64,000 bases of DNA from Octopus vulgaris (Eukaryota), in contig OX597830.1 of assembly GCA_951406725.2 (NCBI GenBank), positions 55,676,001 through 55,740,000 of the forward strand, in the 5' to 3' direction. The stretch's first letter is position 1, and every line of letters starts with the position of its first letter. The position numbers and the translations under genes were made by a program. The notes under the pieces are model-generated. The model saw nothing but the letters and a program-made list of their open reading frames with translations. It did no database searches and had not been told where the DNA came from. Positions 14,089 to 28,845 of this stretch are shown piece after piece.

Positions 14089-14241
14089 ACTTTTTTTGTG
14101 ACTGCAAGAACGGAGGAACCTGTGACATCCAATCGGATACCTGTATTTGTCGTCCGGGTTATACAGGTACATTCTGTGAAGAATACGACTACTGTGGCTA
14201 CTGGGAGAGTGCACATAAGAAAGCTGCATGCAGCAATGCCG
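14089..14241 (+). CDS. Exon 3: EGF domain plus first two Cys of the split EGF
   Basis: ctacag|AC...G|gtaagt; HFFCDCKNGGTCDIQSDTCICRPGYTGTFCEEYDYCGYWESAHKKAACSNA; phase 1 to 1. Confidence 0.9.
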
Positions 14242-14498
14242 GTAAGTAAATCCTTATAACCATATTCTTGTAATCTAATGGCTGTGAGTTGAGGGCATGA
14301 TTGTTCGAATGAAGAGAATCCCCAACCCGTCACTGGTATTTGTCGCTGGATCTACCTCAGGAATTTCTCAGTGTTTGCTGAGTAATAGAACAAATGATAG
14401 AAATGGAAAAGGAAATGTACGAGATTTAGGATGAGTCGAAACGATCGTTTTGAGCAATAAAGTTTCCCGAATATTACATTTTCCGTCTCTATAATTTG

Positions 14499-14575
<77 letters not shown>

Positions 14576-14589
14576 TAGATAAACTTAGA

Positions 14590-14832
14590 TATGTTTCGAC
14601 CAGAGATTGGTCCAGGCCATGTCTAACTTAATAGCACCACCTGATAGGATTATTCGAATCCTGTTTAAGTCAAGTTTTGTTCAAGTAGTGAGTTCTTGTT
14701 GGGTGAGTTGTATCCAATTATGGGTGGCTTATCTGGTATTCTTTGAAGGAATCTATCCACACTCTGTTTGAAGTTGATGGGATCCTTTTCCTCTTTGATC
14801 TCCCTCGGGACAATGTTAAATAGGGCAGGGCC
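14590..14832 (-). mobile_element. CR1-like LINE 3' end (second family)
   Basis: Minus-strand GPALFNIVPREIKEEKDPINFKQSVDRFLQRIPDKP; its tail is repeated at about 15988-16036. Confidence 0.7.
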
Positions 14833-15677
14833 TGTTGAGGAAAAGAAATTATGTTGCAGTGTACATGTATATATATCAAAATATTGTTAGAGATAGAAAC
14901 ACCCACAACTTCATCAACTCCAAACGATATTAACTCAACCAAGCCATAAAATGTTAAATAATATACTTACTATTTATATTCGTGATCCCAAAATTTTCAT
15001 ATTACGGACTACACGTGTTTCATGAGGATACCTATGGTATTGTTAAGGCACAAAGTCTCATTCCAAAACTCATGTTTGCGCACTCCCAATCGCCACAACT
15101 TTCTCTCACTCTTTCCTCCTGCATCTTGCAGCTCACCTGCGACGGACCGGCGTCCCGTCCAGGTGGGTAACCTATACGCCAAGAAACTGGGAAACCGGCC
15201 CTTATGAGCCAGGCATGGCTCGAGAAGGAACAAAAAAAAAAGACAGCACAAATACCCGCTACACGCAATATCTTCAATCTACAGCATCACAATACAGAAT
15301 ATTGTGCAACGTATAATAATAACATCAAGTAAACACACAGTTGCTGTTATTGTGTAGGAGTGTAGATAAAGTTAGTGAGAACATTAATGAGGGTGACAGA
15401 AAACCAGCAGGTCTCAAACCCATCCTGAAAACAGAGAGGTGAAAGGACCTCAATTTAATCTCGTGACTTGTTTGCACAGAACGATTAAACGTACGCATAT
15501 ATATTTATTTACAATTGACCTACACACACACTGTTTCAGTACTCCAGTTGAGTAATTTACATAATTAAGACGCGTTTCCAACGAAATGTACTGATATGCA
15601 AATGAACAACATCATTTCCTGTTTCTCTTGTCACATTTTTTTAATAAATATCTACATATACTCTCTCACTCTCTCTT

Positions 15678-15712
<35 letters not shown>

Positions 15713-15763
15713 ATGTGTGTGTGTGTGTCTGCGCATATATATATACATACATACATACATATG

Positions 15764-15815
<52 letters not shown>

Positions 15816-15882
15816 TCTGTATATATATATATGTATGTATATATATATGTGTATGTATATATATATGTGTGTGTATACATAT

Positions 15883-15913
<31 letters not shown>

Positions 15914-15923
15914 CATATATATA

Positions 15924-15964
<41 letters not shown>

Positions 15965-16034
15965 TTTGATACTTTGATACTTTGATAGGTTTCGGCCATT
16001 ATTGGCCCAGGCCATGTCTAACTTAATAGCACCA

Positions 16035-16104
<70 letters not shown>

Positions 16105-16132
16105 TCCTACCTTCAGTTAAAACAGCCATTCC

Positions 16133-16185
<53 letters not shown>

Positions 16186-16204
16186 ATCTATCTATCTTTT
16201 CTAG

Positions 16205-16329
16205 GTATTTGCCGCTCGGTTCAACTAGTACAGGTTAAGGCTACAGGAGGTGACAACGCCAGAGATGTGTGCCAACTTCCGTTCACCTTTAAAGGTCAAA
16301 CGTATTCTAGATGTGTCGCTAATAACAAG
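16205..16329 (+). CDS. Exon 4: third EGF Cys plus N-terminal half of fibronectin type II domain
   Basis: ttttctag|GT...AAG|gtgagt; [42 protein letters not shown] (FN2 pattern C-x-x-PF-x-F-x-G-x-x-Y-x-x-C). Confidence 0.9.
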
Positions 16330-16983
16330 GTGAGTCACTCATACATTGCTCCCACTCGAGAAAGTGTTACTGTTTTTTTTAATTGTTATTTATTTTTTAC
16401 CTTACATTTGTTTCAGTAAATGAACTGTGACCATGGAGAGGTATTACGTTGATGACAGGCAAATCGACCCCAGTACTTTCTTGTATCTATATTTACCCCT
16501 CTTGCCAACCCGCTAATTGACGGTGATGTGAAAACCCAACGCCGGTTGTCAAGAGGTGGTGGGAGCAAACACAAACATATACGACGGACTTCCACACAGT
16601 TTCCATCTACCAAATTCTCTCACAAGACATATGTCGGTCTGAGGCTATAGTATAATACACTTGTCCAAGGTGCTACCCAAGGGGATTGAACCCGAAACAA
16701 CATCGTTGCGAAGTGAGCTTTCTAACAGCGCGACCATTTATTTATTTTATACTATACTTACTTTATACCTCAAGTGGTGAACTATAACGCCGTTAGTTAT
16801 AGATTGCACTTTTCCCAAAAGTTAATCATTGGTTCACTGTATTTCTGACGGCGAGAGTGCCTGTTACTCGGCGCAGAACAAATATCATTATGGTTTTTGT
16901 TGCTTTTTTTTTTTAGTGTTAATATACAGTTAAGCGGTATGCACTTGCGTGTTGTTTCATGAATATATTTTGTATATGTTCAT

Positions 16984-17184
16984 CTGATTTATAAAACCTT
17001 ATCAATAGCAATCAATAAGTATGTAAATCTGTGAGCAAGCTAATAATGTTTTATAAATTCGATTGTAAATGTGGAAAGTAGTAAAATTGACGACTCCAAC
17101 TGCTATATTGGCTATTCACTCATTCATTGCTTACCGTGCACTTATAATAAGGAGCAAGGCAATGCATTACACCACATAAAATAA
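16984..17184. repeat. 200-bp inverted repeat, left arm
   Basis: Reverse complement of 24940-25141 with only about 2-3 differences. Confidence 0.92.
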
Positions 17185-18313
17185 TACCAGATAGGAAAAC
17201 AGCAGACAATACCTCTATAGTCTTTGAGATCCTTCACAAAAACAGTTGATCAATAATAGAAGCAATACTCATAGCTTAACACAATGCTCAAACAAGCATA
17301 CGGACTACAAACTCTTCCTCCCTTTTTTCTCCTCACGTCAAACCTGAATCTCCCCGAGAACTACGTTAAGGGTACACGTGTCTATGAAATGCTCGGCCAC
17401 TTGCACGTTAATAAAAGAGCTGCGATGTAACTGGTGCCAAGCTGTATCAAGCCTTTGCCTTTCCCTTGGATAACATCGGTGGCGTGGAGAGGAGAGGCTG
17501 GTATGCATGGGCGACTGCTGGTCTTCCATAAACAACCTTGCCCAGACTTGTGCCTCGGAGGGTAACTTTTTAGGTGCAATCCTATTGTCATTTATGACAG
17601 AAGGGGGTCACACAATTCTATATAGAGAACACCATATATGTGTACACACACACACACACACATACATGCCCAAACCCAAACGAATGAGTTGACATACAAG
17701 CATGTCAAATTAACCAATTTATCTGTAGATTGAATAAATAACGAAAAATCTTAAACGATTTTCGCTCTCCATTGAGGTCACAATAGAGGGGTCTACATCA
17801 CTTGACCATTACCAGAGAAAGAAATGACCAATCGGTTTACCGGAGACACAAATTGAATACTATAAGTGTTTAACGCTTCATTTAATATCAGAGGCCAGTG
17901 AAGATTGTCTGGGTTTATGGGAAGGGTGGTACAGATTTGTACCAAAGAGTATGGCTGAATGATTAAGAAGTGCGCTTCACAACCACGAGATCCAGGGTGT
18001 CTAAGGAAAATGTCATTATTTATAGCCTCGAGTCGACCCATACTTTGTGAGTGAAATTAGGTAGACGGAAACTATACAGAAGCCCGTCAGATGGATTGTA
18101 TTCCTGCGATGTGTTGGCGTCGCATCCAGGTGGGAAGTGTTTACGCCACAGAAACCGGGAAAGCGGGCCTATGAGTCCATAGATCTTGGGAAAGAGCTTT
18201 AACCTCTTTTTTATTTATTTTTTTGTTTTTAACTGACGAAGGTCTCGAAGCTCCCACCATACTTCCCATTCATGTATCTTTTTTTTATATATATATTTTA
18301 ATTCTATCCCTAG

Positions 18314-18448
18314 ATCGGACCGCCATATTCTTGTGGTGGCTCTTTTGATGGTAACGATACCTACATAGATTTAGGCCAGTGGAGTCCAGGACCGAAATAT
18401 ACCATAGCGGCTTGGGTGAAACCAACTTTGATGGACCATACAAACCGG
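18314..18448 (+). CDS. Exon 5: start of LamG/pentraxin-like (concanavalin A-fold) domain
   Basis: atccctag|ATC...CGG|gtaaga; IGPPYSCGGSFDGNDTYIDLGQWSPGPKYTIAAWVKPTLMDHTNR. Confidence 0.9.
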
Positions 18449-18562
18449 GTAAGATCAAAGCTGGTGTTTTTATTGTTGTTGCTGTTGTTGCGGTAGTGGT
18501 TGTTGTTGATCCTGCACCTGTTCTTGTTCTATGATATAATATTATATTATACATATGTAAGT

Positions 18563-18630
<68 letters not shown>

Positions 18631-18742
18631 ATAATATTTTGTTGAAGCTGAACAAGTTCATAAACTGAAGGTCTTCACCTTTAATAAAACACTATAGATT
18701 AGAAGCCATGAGAGCCATTGCATTGGTACTGCATCAGGGCAT

Positions 18743-18945
<203 letters not shown>

Positions 18946-18971
18946 TTTGTTATTTCTTTTTAATATTTCAG

Positions 18972-19196
18972 CTAATAGCTGGTGGAATATATAACTGCTA
19001 CCATTTCGGAATTGCCTACCAACACGGAAGATTCCAAGCGTTTTACAGTCCGCCAGACGACTTGAACATTTGCACCTTACCAATGGCCTCTTCTGACACT
19101 CAGTACGCCGTACATCAATGGCATTCGGTTGCAGTGGTCAACACTGGGACTGAAATTAGTTTAATTGCTAATGGGAAAAAGGTTAATTCTAAGAAG
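18972..19196 (+). CDS. Exon 6: LamG core
   Basis: atttcag|CTA...AAG|gtatgt; [24 protein letters not shown]...[29 protein letters not shown]. Confidence 0.92.
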
Positions 19197-19242
19197 GTAT
19201 GTCTTCTTTTCTGATTGGTAGATTGTTTGCTTGCTCGCTTAC

Positions 19243-20130
19243 TTGGTTAGTTGACTGGCTGGTTGGTCGGTCGGTTGGCTGGTTGGTCGGTCGGTCGGTC
19301 GGTTGGTTGGTTGGTTGGTTGGTTGGTTGGTTGGTTGGTTGGTTGGTTGGTTGGTTGGTTGGTTGGTTGGTTGGTTGGTTGGTTGGTTGGTTGGCTGGCT
19401 GGCTGGTCGGTCGGTCGGTCGGTCGGTTGGTCGGTCGGTTGGCTGGTTGGTCGGTTGGTTGGTTGGTTGGTTGGTTGGTTGGTTGGCTGGCTGGTCGGTC
19501 GGTCGGTCGGTTGGTTGGTTGGTTGGTTGGTTGGCTGGCTGGTTGACTGGTTGGTCGGTCGGTCGGTCGGTCGGTCGGTCCGTCCGTTGGCTGGTTGCTT
19601 GGTTGCTTGGTTAGTTTATTGCTTGCTTACTTGCTTGGTTAGTTTGTTGATTACGTGGTCGCTTGGTTGCTTGGTTGGCTGGTTGTTTGGCTGATTGTCT
19701 GGTTGGCTGGAAGGTTGCTTGCTAGCTTCCTTGGTTAGTTAGTTGACTAAATGGTTAATTTGCTGGTCGGTTAGTTAATTAATGTTAACTGCTTGATTAC
19801 TTTATTGCGTACGTAACTGTTTGGTAGTTATATTGCTTGCTTGCTTGGCTGGTTGGTTGGTTGCTTGGTTGCTTGGTTACTTGGTTGCTTGGCAGCTTGG
19901 TTGCTTGGCTGCTTGGTTGCTTGGTTGCTTGGTTGGTTGCTTGGTTGCTTGGTTGCTTGGTTGGCTAGTTAGCTGGTTGGCTGTTTGGCTGGCTGGTTGG
20001 TTGGTTGGTTGGTTGGTTGGTTGGTTGGTTGGTTGGTTGGTTGGTTGGTTGGTTGGTTGGTTAGTTGGCTGGTTGGTTGCTTGCTTGCTTGCTTGCTAGC
20101 TTGCTTGGCTGGTTGGTTGATTGGTTGGTG
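19243..20130. repeat. (GGTT)/(GGTC)/(GCTT) tetranucleotide array
   Basis: Read directly from the sequence. Confidence 0.92.
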
Positions 20131-20741
20131 ATATAATCGATTCTTAACACTTTTTCATTAACATACACTGAGTTGTCAATTTTTAAATGTTTGTGACACA
20201 CTTTTAAGTTTAGTGAGTACCATAATAGAATCAGAAACCCTACGACTCTCAACTGTACTCATTGCTGTATTTGAATTTCAGTCCTCAAACTAATGAAACG
20301 CTGGCCAACTTTACAGTGTTGCTTCCGCTACATACAGTGGTGAAATCTAGCAGCCTGGGAAACTTGTTCGCAAACAGAGGAACTGAGCAGCTGCACGTTA
20401 AGTCTCTTAGTCACAGAGATATCACACTGCAAGTAGCAATATATAAAGACCGATGGTGGTGTGCTTACGTCCCTGTAACTTAGCGATAGAATAAGTACAA
20501 GGCTTACAAAGAATAAGTCCTGTGGTCGATTTGCTTGACTAAAGGCGGTGCTCCAGCGTGGCCGCAGCCAAATGACTGAAACAAGTAAACGAGAGTCTCC
20601 CAGCATTTAGCCTAACCGACCAAGGACATTTACCAGACATCCGAGATAATGCTCAGTTTTTGTCTTAATTCGTTTCTTTTTCGAATACATCATTTCCTTC
20701 CAGTCACCAACTAAAACCAAATATCTATGTTATATTCTCAG

Positions 20742-20831
20742 ACACAGCCACACTTCTTGGCCAATGCAAACGGATTTTGGATCGGAGGTGGTCCTTGCTG
20801 TCCTGGAACTAGCTTCAGTGGTATGATCAAG
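20742..20831 (+). CDS. Exon 7: LamG
   Basis: ttctcag|ACA...AAG|gtaaat; TQPHFLANANGFWIGGGPCCPGTSFSGMIK. Confidence 0.88.
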
Positions 20832-22094
20832 GTAAATAACATTTCGAACTCAACTTTTTATAAATTATACTTCGGTTTCCGATGTTGTTGTGGTTATTGT
20901 TAAAAATGTTTATCTCTACATCGGCCCTCGTAGAAAACACACACACACACATGCACACACGCACACACACGCACACACACACACACGTATACACTTAGTT
21001 ATGTCCGATGATTGCTAATTTACCTCTCCACTTCTGGAATGTTTTCAGCATGAAACCGTTCTGTAAACATTAATAGGTTTTTATGAGCCCATGATATTGT
21101 ATTAATATTCATATATCCATTCTACAGTAGGAAACTCATTCTTATTGGATTTTGTGACTCGAACTAACTAGATCCAAGTACATTGAATACCATCGTCCTC
21201 AATTTGCTACTCATCTGAAATATATATGTATTTCAACAATTTCTATCAAATACACTATCTTCAGCATAAAAATTCCTCTTCCCGGGCGATAATAACTTCG
21301 TTTTGATAAGGGAAATCGGAAAGATTTGAAACGATTTCATCGGCATTTATTTGTACCAAAGACCACTCTTTCGATAGACACGTTGATCTCATAAGCATCA
21401 CGCAGTGGAAATAAACGCAATTACTAAACTTTCATTCATGAGACCATTTATTATTTCGCTTTTTTTTTATTTTTTGGTTTGATTGGGGTTTTTTTGCGTT
21501 TCGATTTGTACATTTCTACTCCCGATTGCGTACAAGCGCATGTATAAAACAACGTCCTTTATTTTTTTAATCATTTTCTGCTGATATCAAAATAAGTAGT
21601 ATATTGAAAAATGAAAATATTTTGTAGGGAGGCCATTTGTGACTCCAAGGGTCAAAAGGGGGCGTTTGGCCAAAATGGATCCAAAACCTTTGGTCTAGAT
21701 TTATCTATTAAGGAGTTGTTTAATTTCTAGACATCCGTAACAGATTGAGACCTTTACCTCTACTATTACCCATTTATATTTATTAACCTGTCTCAGATTC
21801 TGCCCTTCGTAAATATTCTGGACCGTATATTTAATATAATGTACATGTCTGAATAGCTCAAGAGCGGATTTCTTCACTCAGCTGGGTCTAATTGTCTATA
21901 TACACTGCAGGAATATCACCCGGTCGGTACTTATGTACCAGGTTTGATATTTACATAATATTGTTGTCGTTTGTGTATATTATTCCAACCTAACGAGGTG
22001 CCACCATTTAAGTACCTAATTCAACTGAATCTTACTTACACACACAGACATACACACACACACACATACACACACACACACATACACACACACA

Positions 22095-22145
<51 letters not shown>

Positions 22146-22355
22146 GCACAGACAAACACAGACAGGCACACACAATAGTAACAAACAGTGAGAATAAGAA
22201 ATTACACGTAACCAAAACTCAAAATAATTCTACCAACGTTATCTGTGTGGAACAAGGCAGCAATGTTGGAGAAAATGTTTGTGCATTGACTGATTGAGAA
22301 ATCAATTAAGTCAGTTCATGATTTATAATTTCAATCATATTCTTTTATTTTCTAG

Positions 22356-22436
22356 AACGTAAAAGTTTGGAACCAAGCTCTGTCAGAAAGCGATATTGCT
22401 GCTAATTTTCTCAACAATGACGTCAACGACTCACCG
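22356..22436 (+). CDS. Exon 8: LamG C-terminal strand and helix
   Basis: ttttctag|AAC...CCG|gtaaga; NVKVWNQALSESDIAANFLNNDVNDSP (completes F-x-G-x-I-x-x-V-x-V-W-x-x-ALS). Confidence 0.9.
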
Positions 22437-22474
22437 GTAAGAGAGCTCATATGTCTATAAATTATTGATATATG

Positions 22475-22515
<41 letters not shown>

Positions 22516-22737
22516 GTATTTATGCATCCATATGTGTGTGTATGTATATGTATGTATGTTCGTGTGATCGTGTTTATGTATATATGTATAATTATAGATA
22601 CGTTTAAATATATATCTGTGTCACCATATGTTTATACATATACCCATACTTACATATATTTATACAACCGGCACTCACCTACAAAAGCGTACACATATGA
22701 ACAGCATATACATGACGTCCAAGCTTAGATGCATGCC

Positions 22738-22783
<46 letters not shown>

Positions 22784-22845
22784 ATGTATATATCTATATA
22801 TGTATGTACATATATATATATGTATGCAAACATCTATATGTACGT

Positions 22846-22876
<31 letters not shown>

Positions 22877-22973
22877 ATTAATTAATAAGGGTGAGAGAAT
22901 TAGATACTAATTTAATAGTATACCTATTCAACACCATAGAGTGAGCCACATAGTGACCACTCTCTTATTTATT

Positions 22974-23021
<48 letters not shown>

Positions 23022-23149
23022 CCCTTTGTGTATGTATATATATATATATATATATACACACACATACACACACACAGGGAGGTATTTCGATTATCCCCAC
23101 GTGGTGAGTTGCAATGGAAAAAAATATATACAAATTAAATGAAAGAAAA

Positions 23150-23770
23150 TGCACACACTTTACATAGTTTTAATATTTCTTTTAATATATTTTATACTGT
23201 GTTTGTCTACCGGTTTCGCTTTCGCTAATCATGACATTGAAATTATTGTAATTTCGTATTTTCTGGAGAAGATTTTAGTTCATATTGTGTGTGCTGAAGT
23301 TTATGCGTGAATAATTCAACAAGTAGCAAAATATAAGAGGAAGTAATTGGCAATTGTTATTAAATTGAACAGGGGGGGGGTAATTGTTCATCTTTCAGGG
23401 AGAGGATAAATATACAGAAAAACTCAAAAGCTAAAGTAGTGAAAAGAAATATGTATAGTGATGGGTATGTAATCATGCATTAAAATATATACTGAGATCA
23501 AAGAAATATATACTGAGATCAAAATAGTTATGCGTTCATATTTAGACGTGTTCTGTATTTTTCGATGAACAAATTTTCTTTATTTAAACGTTCTTGCATA
23601 GAAATTGTTTCTTTACACTGGTAGATGGGGAAACTGCAAAGTTTGATTGTATATTGCCCGCACATTTCTCTATGTGTTCACTCAAAGGAATCTGTCTGTA
23701 TTGCGTAAACCGGATCTGTTCCTTATGTAGTGTTGTTCTCCGTCTCAATGTCATACTCGTATGTCCTTTT
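23150..23770 (-). mobile_element. Penelope-like 3' remnant with variant minimal hammerhead (23204-23236)
   Basis: Minus-strand TLHKEQIRFTQYRQIPLSEHIEKCAG is homologous to the GIY-YIG C-terminus at 4660-4790; motif tgtc-ATGATTA-GC gaaa GC-GAAA-CCGG-TA-gaca. Confidence 0.75.
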
Positions 23771-24111
23771 TTAAAATATCTCTAACATATAAAGATAAAC
23801 AAGTTACAGAATATTGGTACACCTGGCAAACCGTGATGTTTAAGGTGCATGCGGATTGGTCAAAAAGGTATTCTAAAAATCCCGCTTATTCGAACGTTTT
23901 AAAAGGCATTAAAGTTGTCAAGAACAGAACTATCAGTTAAACACATTTTAAATCTGATGATTACACTATGTATGAAAGCGATAATTTAACTTAATGAGCA
24001 TTACAAAATATTTTCTTAATATTAAAATACTATAATAAAAAACGTAAAAACCAGGCTATGTTTTAATTTTATTCAACTGATATATGTATATGCAAGTGTG
24101 TGTGTATACGT

Positions 24112-24167
<56 letters not shown>

Positions 24168-24314
24168 ATATATATATATGTGTGTATATGTATATGTATA
24201 TGTATGTATATATGTACTTGTGTTTGTACATGTGTATGTATATGTATATATATGTATATATATATATGTGTATATATGTATATATGTACATATATGTATA
24301 TATATGTATATATA

Positions 24315-24422
<108 letters not shown>

Positions 24423-24687
24423 TATGTGTGCTTGTTAGGGTGGATGCACGCACGTGTGTATACTTTCAGATATTTCCACTCCATTTCTGCCTATGTTTCA
24501 CACACTTGTTCTACATCCCCTTATATTTTGTGTATCTATGGCATAGTTCTACTGTACAGAGGATTAACCTTAAAAGCGATTTATAGAAGTATCTTGTGAA
24601 GATTTTGTATGTCACTGCAAACTTTCACTTCTGACCTTGATGATCCTTAATATTAACAACACCATTATATTCTTTACCTATTGGCAG

Positions 24688-24811
24688 GAGCAAGTGGTAA
24701 AAAAAGGTTTGGTCGCTCACTACGAATTAGGGGATATTCCGAAAACAACCTGCAGTGGAATCGACCACAATAATAATGATTGGATACCAGAACACCAGTC
24801 CCAAATATCAG
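24688..24811 (+). CDS. Exon 9: LamG-flanking GLVAHY strand and linker
   Basis: ttggcag|GAG...G|gtaacg; EQVVKKGLVAHYELGDIPKTTCSGIDHNNNDWIPEHQSQIS. Confidence 0.87.
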
Positions 24812-24939
24812 GTAACGTTTTTCATTGATATATTTGAGCATCAGTCGTAGATATAACTTTAAGCTATATACGGTAGCGAAGCCCGAGTTTTGATGTGTAG
24901 TGAACCCTCTCTTAACACCAATTGTTTCCAGAACTACTC

Positions 24940-25141
24940 TTATTTTATGTGGTGTAATGCATTGCAGTTGCTCCTTATTATAAGTGCACGGTAAGCAATG
25001 AATGAGTGAATAGCCAATATAACAGTTGGAGTCGTCAATTTTACTACTTTCCACATTTACAATCGAATTTATAAAACATTATTAGCTTGCTCACAGATTT
25101 ACATACTTATTGATTGCTATTGATAAGGTTTTATAAATCAG
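24940..25141. repeat. 200-bp inverted repeat, right arm
   Basis: Reverse complement of 16984-17184; begins about 130 nt after the exon 9 donor. Confidence 0.92.
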
Positions 25142-25571
25142 TGAATGTCTCAGTTATGGTTTACTTAGCATGTCGCGAAATTTCCTCCAGAAGAAAGTCA
25201 TTCACAGACATCTCAACGCACTCAGGGCATTTGAGACGCTTCAGCTTCTTTAGCTGCTCATCTAAGAGAAGATAACTCTATACAAATCCTCTATCCTGAT
25301 CACTTCTGGGCTTGTGTCACTGGTTGCACAAGTTTTAAGGACGAAAATATGACTCTGCCTCTGCACAAACCCTGCTTTCTGAGATAATTTGTTGGAGGTT
25401 TAAAACGGCTAATACTCTACAGATTATTCGGTCGCAGATATGTAAAGTTATACTTAACCAATATCTGGCACACACGCTGTGGCTCTATGAATGTTACATT
25501 CTGGTATCTCAGGAATTACTGAAACTGAGCAGCTTAAGTTTGCGTATTAATTAATCAATTAACTAATATCT

Positions 25572-25641
<70 letters not shown>

Positions 25642-26518
25642 AAATTAAAATCAAAATGAGGGTGAAAAATTGGATATTAATTTGATAACATCAATTTTAA
25701 CACCAGTGGTCTAGCATATAAAAAAGATTGAGATTCAGTAAATAGTATTTCATATAAATATAAGAGGGAATTTTTTAACCACTATGTGGAAACCCTTATG
25801 CTAGAAGAAGATCCGCTATGGCCTCAACCACTAAGAATTGTTCTCCAGAAAATTTAGCACACCAGAAACGTAAGCGAGCAAGACAAATGAAAAATAACAA
25901 AAATATAGATTTTATATATATATATATATACGCACGCGCATTCACACTCAGAAACACACACGAAAAATATACGGTTATATCAAATATCATATAACTTAAA
26001 TTCTTGATTTATTGACATTATTTTCTGCCTCTAGAGAATTCGTCACAATTACCACATGGAGCTGGTACCAGTCTATGTGAGAAAGGGAGATAATCTAAAA
26101 ATTATAATCTCTTTCCAAGTCGACATGTCATTAAGGAAAATTATTGTTTGCATAAAAGACGACAGTTACGGACGCCTGTTTCTGCCTCAATAGGCATGAA
26201 TATCTGGACAATTTTTCTATCTTAGCTAAAGTACCCAAGGGACATTGAAGTATACAAAAAGAATAGAACTTAATTATGGCCTACGTAATTTGCATCAATT
26301 GAAGAAAAATTATTGATATGTGTGTGCGTGTGTGTTTAAGTATTTAAGTATTTCCTGCAGTTTGTATTTGAAGGAAGGCATCTCTGATAGTTTTTCTTTT
26401 TTTTTTTTTCTGCTGAAAAGTTTTTGATCAAATCGTATTAGGATCAATGACAGCAATAATAATAATTAAACGTGTCAATATTTGTTATTGATCTATTTTT
26501 GGCTTCCACTTTTATCAG

Positions 26519-26622
26519 GACGTCACTGCAACATCAAAAGATTTCTTATTAAACCATATATTAAAGTTTATGTCCATCACTGGAACGGAACTGCACATGG
26601 ACACTTAGAAGTTGAAGCACAG
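26519..26622 (+). CDS. Exon 10: start of glycine-rich domain
   Basis: ttttatcag|GA...CAG|gtacgt; GRHCNIKRFLIKPYIKVYVHHWNGTAHGHLEVEAQ. Confidence 0.86.
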
Positions 26623-26744
26623 GTACGTGCAAGTTTATTATTATTATCATCATGCTGGTTTAATTAGCAGGAACGTTATCTTAAGGTGTGGTGATAACAA
26701 GTTTCCTAAATCTCAAGAACGTTTCCTAAGATTCTTGTAGAAAA

Positions 26745-28170
26745 TACGGTAGTACTTTGCTGCAGGTCGACAATGCGAATCTCGATTCCAATATTTTTCA
26801 GTCTTTTAAGTATCATTTTTGGTGTTGAGCAAAGCACACCAAATACTACAGGAATAATTATCTTAGTCTTTCACAGTCTCTTCAGCTCTCTGACTAGATC
26901 CTGATATTTCTCAAACACGGATGACACTGGGGTTGAAAAACTATGTTGTGGGGGTGGGGACGAAAATATAGTATCGGCAAGTAGAGATTCCCAAAATATA
27001 ACTGAAACTGTAGGAGAATTCAAGGAGAGAAGGAAGAACAATAGACCAAACAAATTGAGACAAATGGAAAGAAATGGAATTACATGGCAACAAACCGAGA
27101 ATGCTTGTTTATTTTGTCCCCGATAATCACATCTGGCTTTCTTGCTTCAGTTGTATGAACAGTCTTTATGGGAGAAGTCCCATAAGATCCTATAATCCTC
27201 ATTCTCTGTTATAGCCACTGGTTCGTTTTCATATCACTTTTCTGTTGTTTCGAAGCAACACACTCGGCTAACATCTCAATGCATTCTTTTGCGTACAGAA
27301 TCATGCCTGCGCTTATACTGGTTTTTGTGCTACCTTACTGCACTCATTCAAAATATTATTGATACTTTCGTTTCTTTTCCTACAGATCCTATATTTGCTG
27401 TCTGACTGAGTCTTGTCGATCTTTGCCTTCGTCAGATTTGTCCTAAAGTCTTGTTCCTGAACGGCTGTAATTGGCGCTTCAGATTCTCGTTTCAAGTTTC
27501 CGTCTGTCAGCCAGAGCCAGCGTTCTTTACTTCCGACATCCTCAGTTTTTTGTATGAATTGGCCATGTAATTCCATTTCTTTCTATCTGCTTGTTATGTT
27601 GTCCTTCTTACTCTCCTTGAATTCTACTGTTTAAGTAATTTTTGAGATATCTCTGGCTGTCGATATTATTTCTTCACTACGCACAGCATCATTTTTCTAT
27701 TCCAATATTGCGGTACTAACAGTGTCTTCTACGTAGTAATTCTCGGCCTCCTTCCTTTCTTAGAACATAGAATCTGTCGGTATTACTTTTAGGATGGTAT
27801 GCGTTGTGCATTGGGAGCATATTTCTGGCTCTTCTATTCCAAGTTTTGTATCTCGACATTCGTTCATTTCAGAAAGGGAGTAGAATATCTTAATACTGGC
27901 ATAGTCATGTATTTAATGCTTTAACGGTATTCCCTCCATTTAATTTTGCTTTGAGCACCTTTGTAAATCTCCTCCTGTACTCATTAGAAATTTTCTATTT
28001 CATTTCCCATTCCATTATCCAATAGTCTTGCCGCATTTTTTTTTTTTTTTTTGTATTTGTCCCTCACTATTCCACAGCAATCTAATGATGTTGTCTTGTG
28101 GTAATTTCATGCCATCAGAGCTAACCTTCCGATCTCCTTCATAATTAACACTGTGCACTTATTTACCCAA
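26745..28170 (-). mobile_element. Dong/R4-like non-LTR retrotransposon relic
   Basis: LHGQF...WLWLTDGNLKRESEA...VQEQ...and a degenerate CCHC region, typical of R4-clade ORF C-termini; heavily decayed. Confidence 0.7.
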
Positions 28171-28204
28171 ATGCATTTTTGTTTTTTTTTTGTTGTTACA
28201 TTAG

Positions 28205-28310
28205 AATATATACATTTATGGTGAACTGAACGCTAATGGTGCTGGATACTTCGGCGGCCGGACTTCGAATAAGAATGGAGATAATGGGAGACAAGGAGAT
28301 TCTTACAGCA
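28205..28310 (+). CDS. Exon 11: glycine-rich domain
   Basis: acattag|AAT...A|gtgagt; NIYIYGELNANGAGYFGGRTSNKNGDNGRQGDSYS. Confidence 0.87.
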
Positions 28311-28332
28311 GTGAGTATTCAACTATTCCAAA

Positions 28333-28845
28333 TCTATATATATAAAACTGTAGTTGTGTGAGTGTCTGTCCCCTTCGATTTAGATTCCTAACTCCTCCCA
28401 CATTTTGCGGTGCAGTTTAACCAAATTCGGCTATCTTATAGTCGTGATTCATATCGAGCCCGTCTGAGTATTAGCGCGCGTCTACGATGAGTCTACGATT
28501 TTTAAAATAATTTAACATCATTTTTTATTCCATTTTAATGCATAATTTTTCGTGTGTCGATGGCGGCGGAGTTGGCGTCCATGGTCACACCTGCACCTGT
28601 TTGCTTCTCCCCCTTCTTCCCTCCCTCGTGAAGCTGTGGGGAAGGGAGTTTAAGGAAATCAACGTCGTAATGTGTTGTCAAGGAGACCAGCGTTCTTTTA
28701 GAACAACGACTTCATGGCTTGAAGACACCAAAACAGAAATGGCTAAGAAAGCCCGAATTGGCATCTATAAGGGAAGTAACTCTCTAAAAATGCTTATATA
28801 GTTATTTCCCTTACAAACCCGAGCAACGCCGGGCGATACTGCTAG
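28333..28845 (+). mobile_element. Non-autonomous Helitron
   Basis: A|TCTATATATATAAAA 5' end, subterminal hairpin CCCGAGCAACGCCGGG and CTAG|T 3' end; inserted 22 nt after the exon 11 donor. Confidence 0.85.
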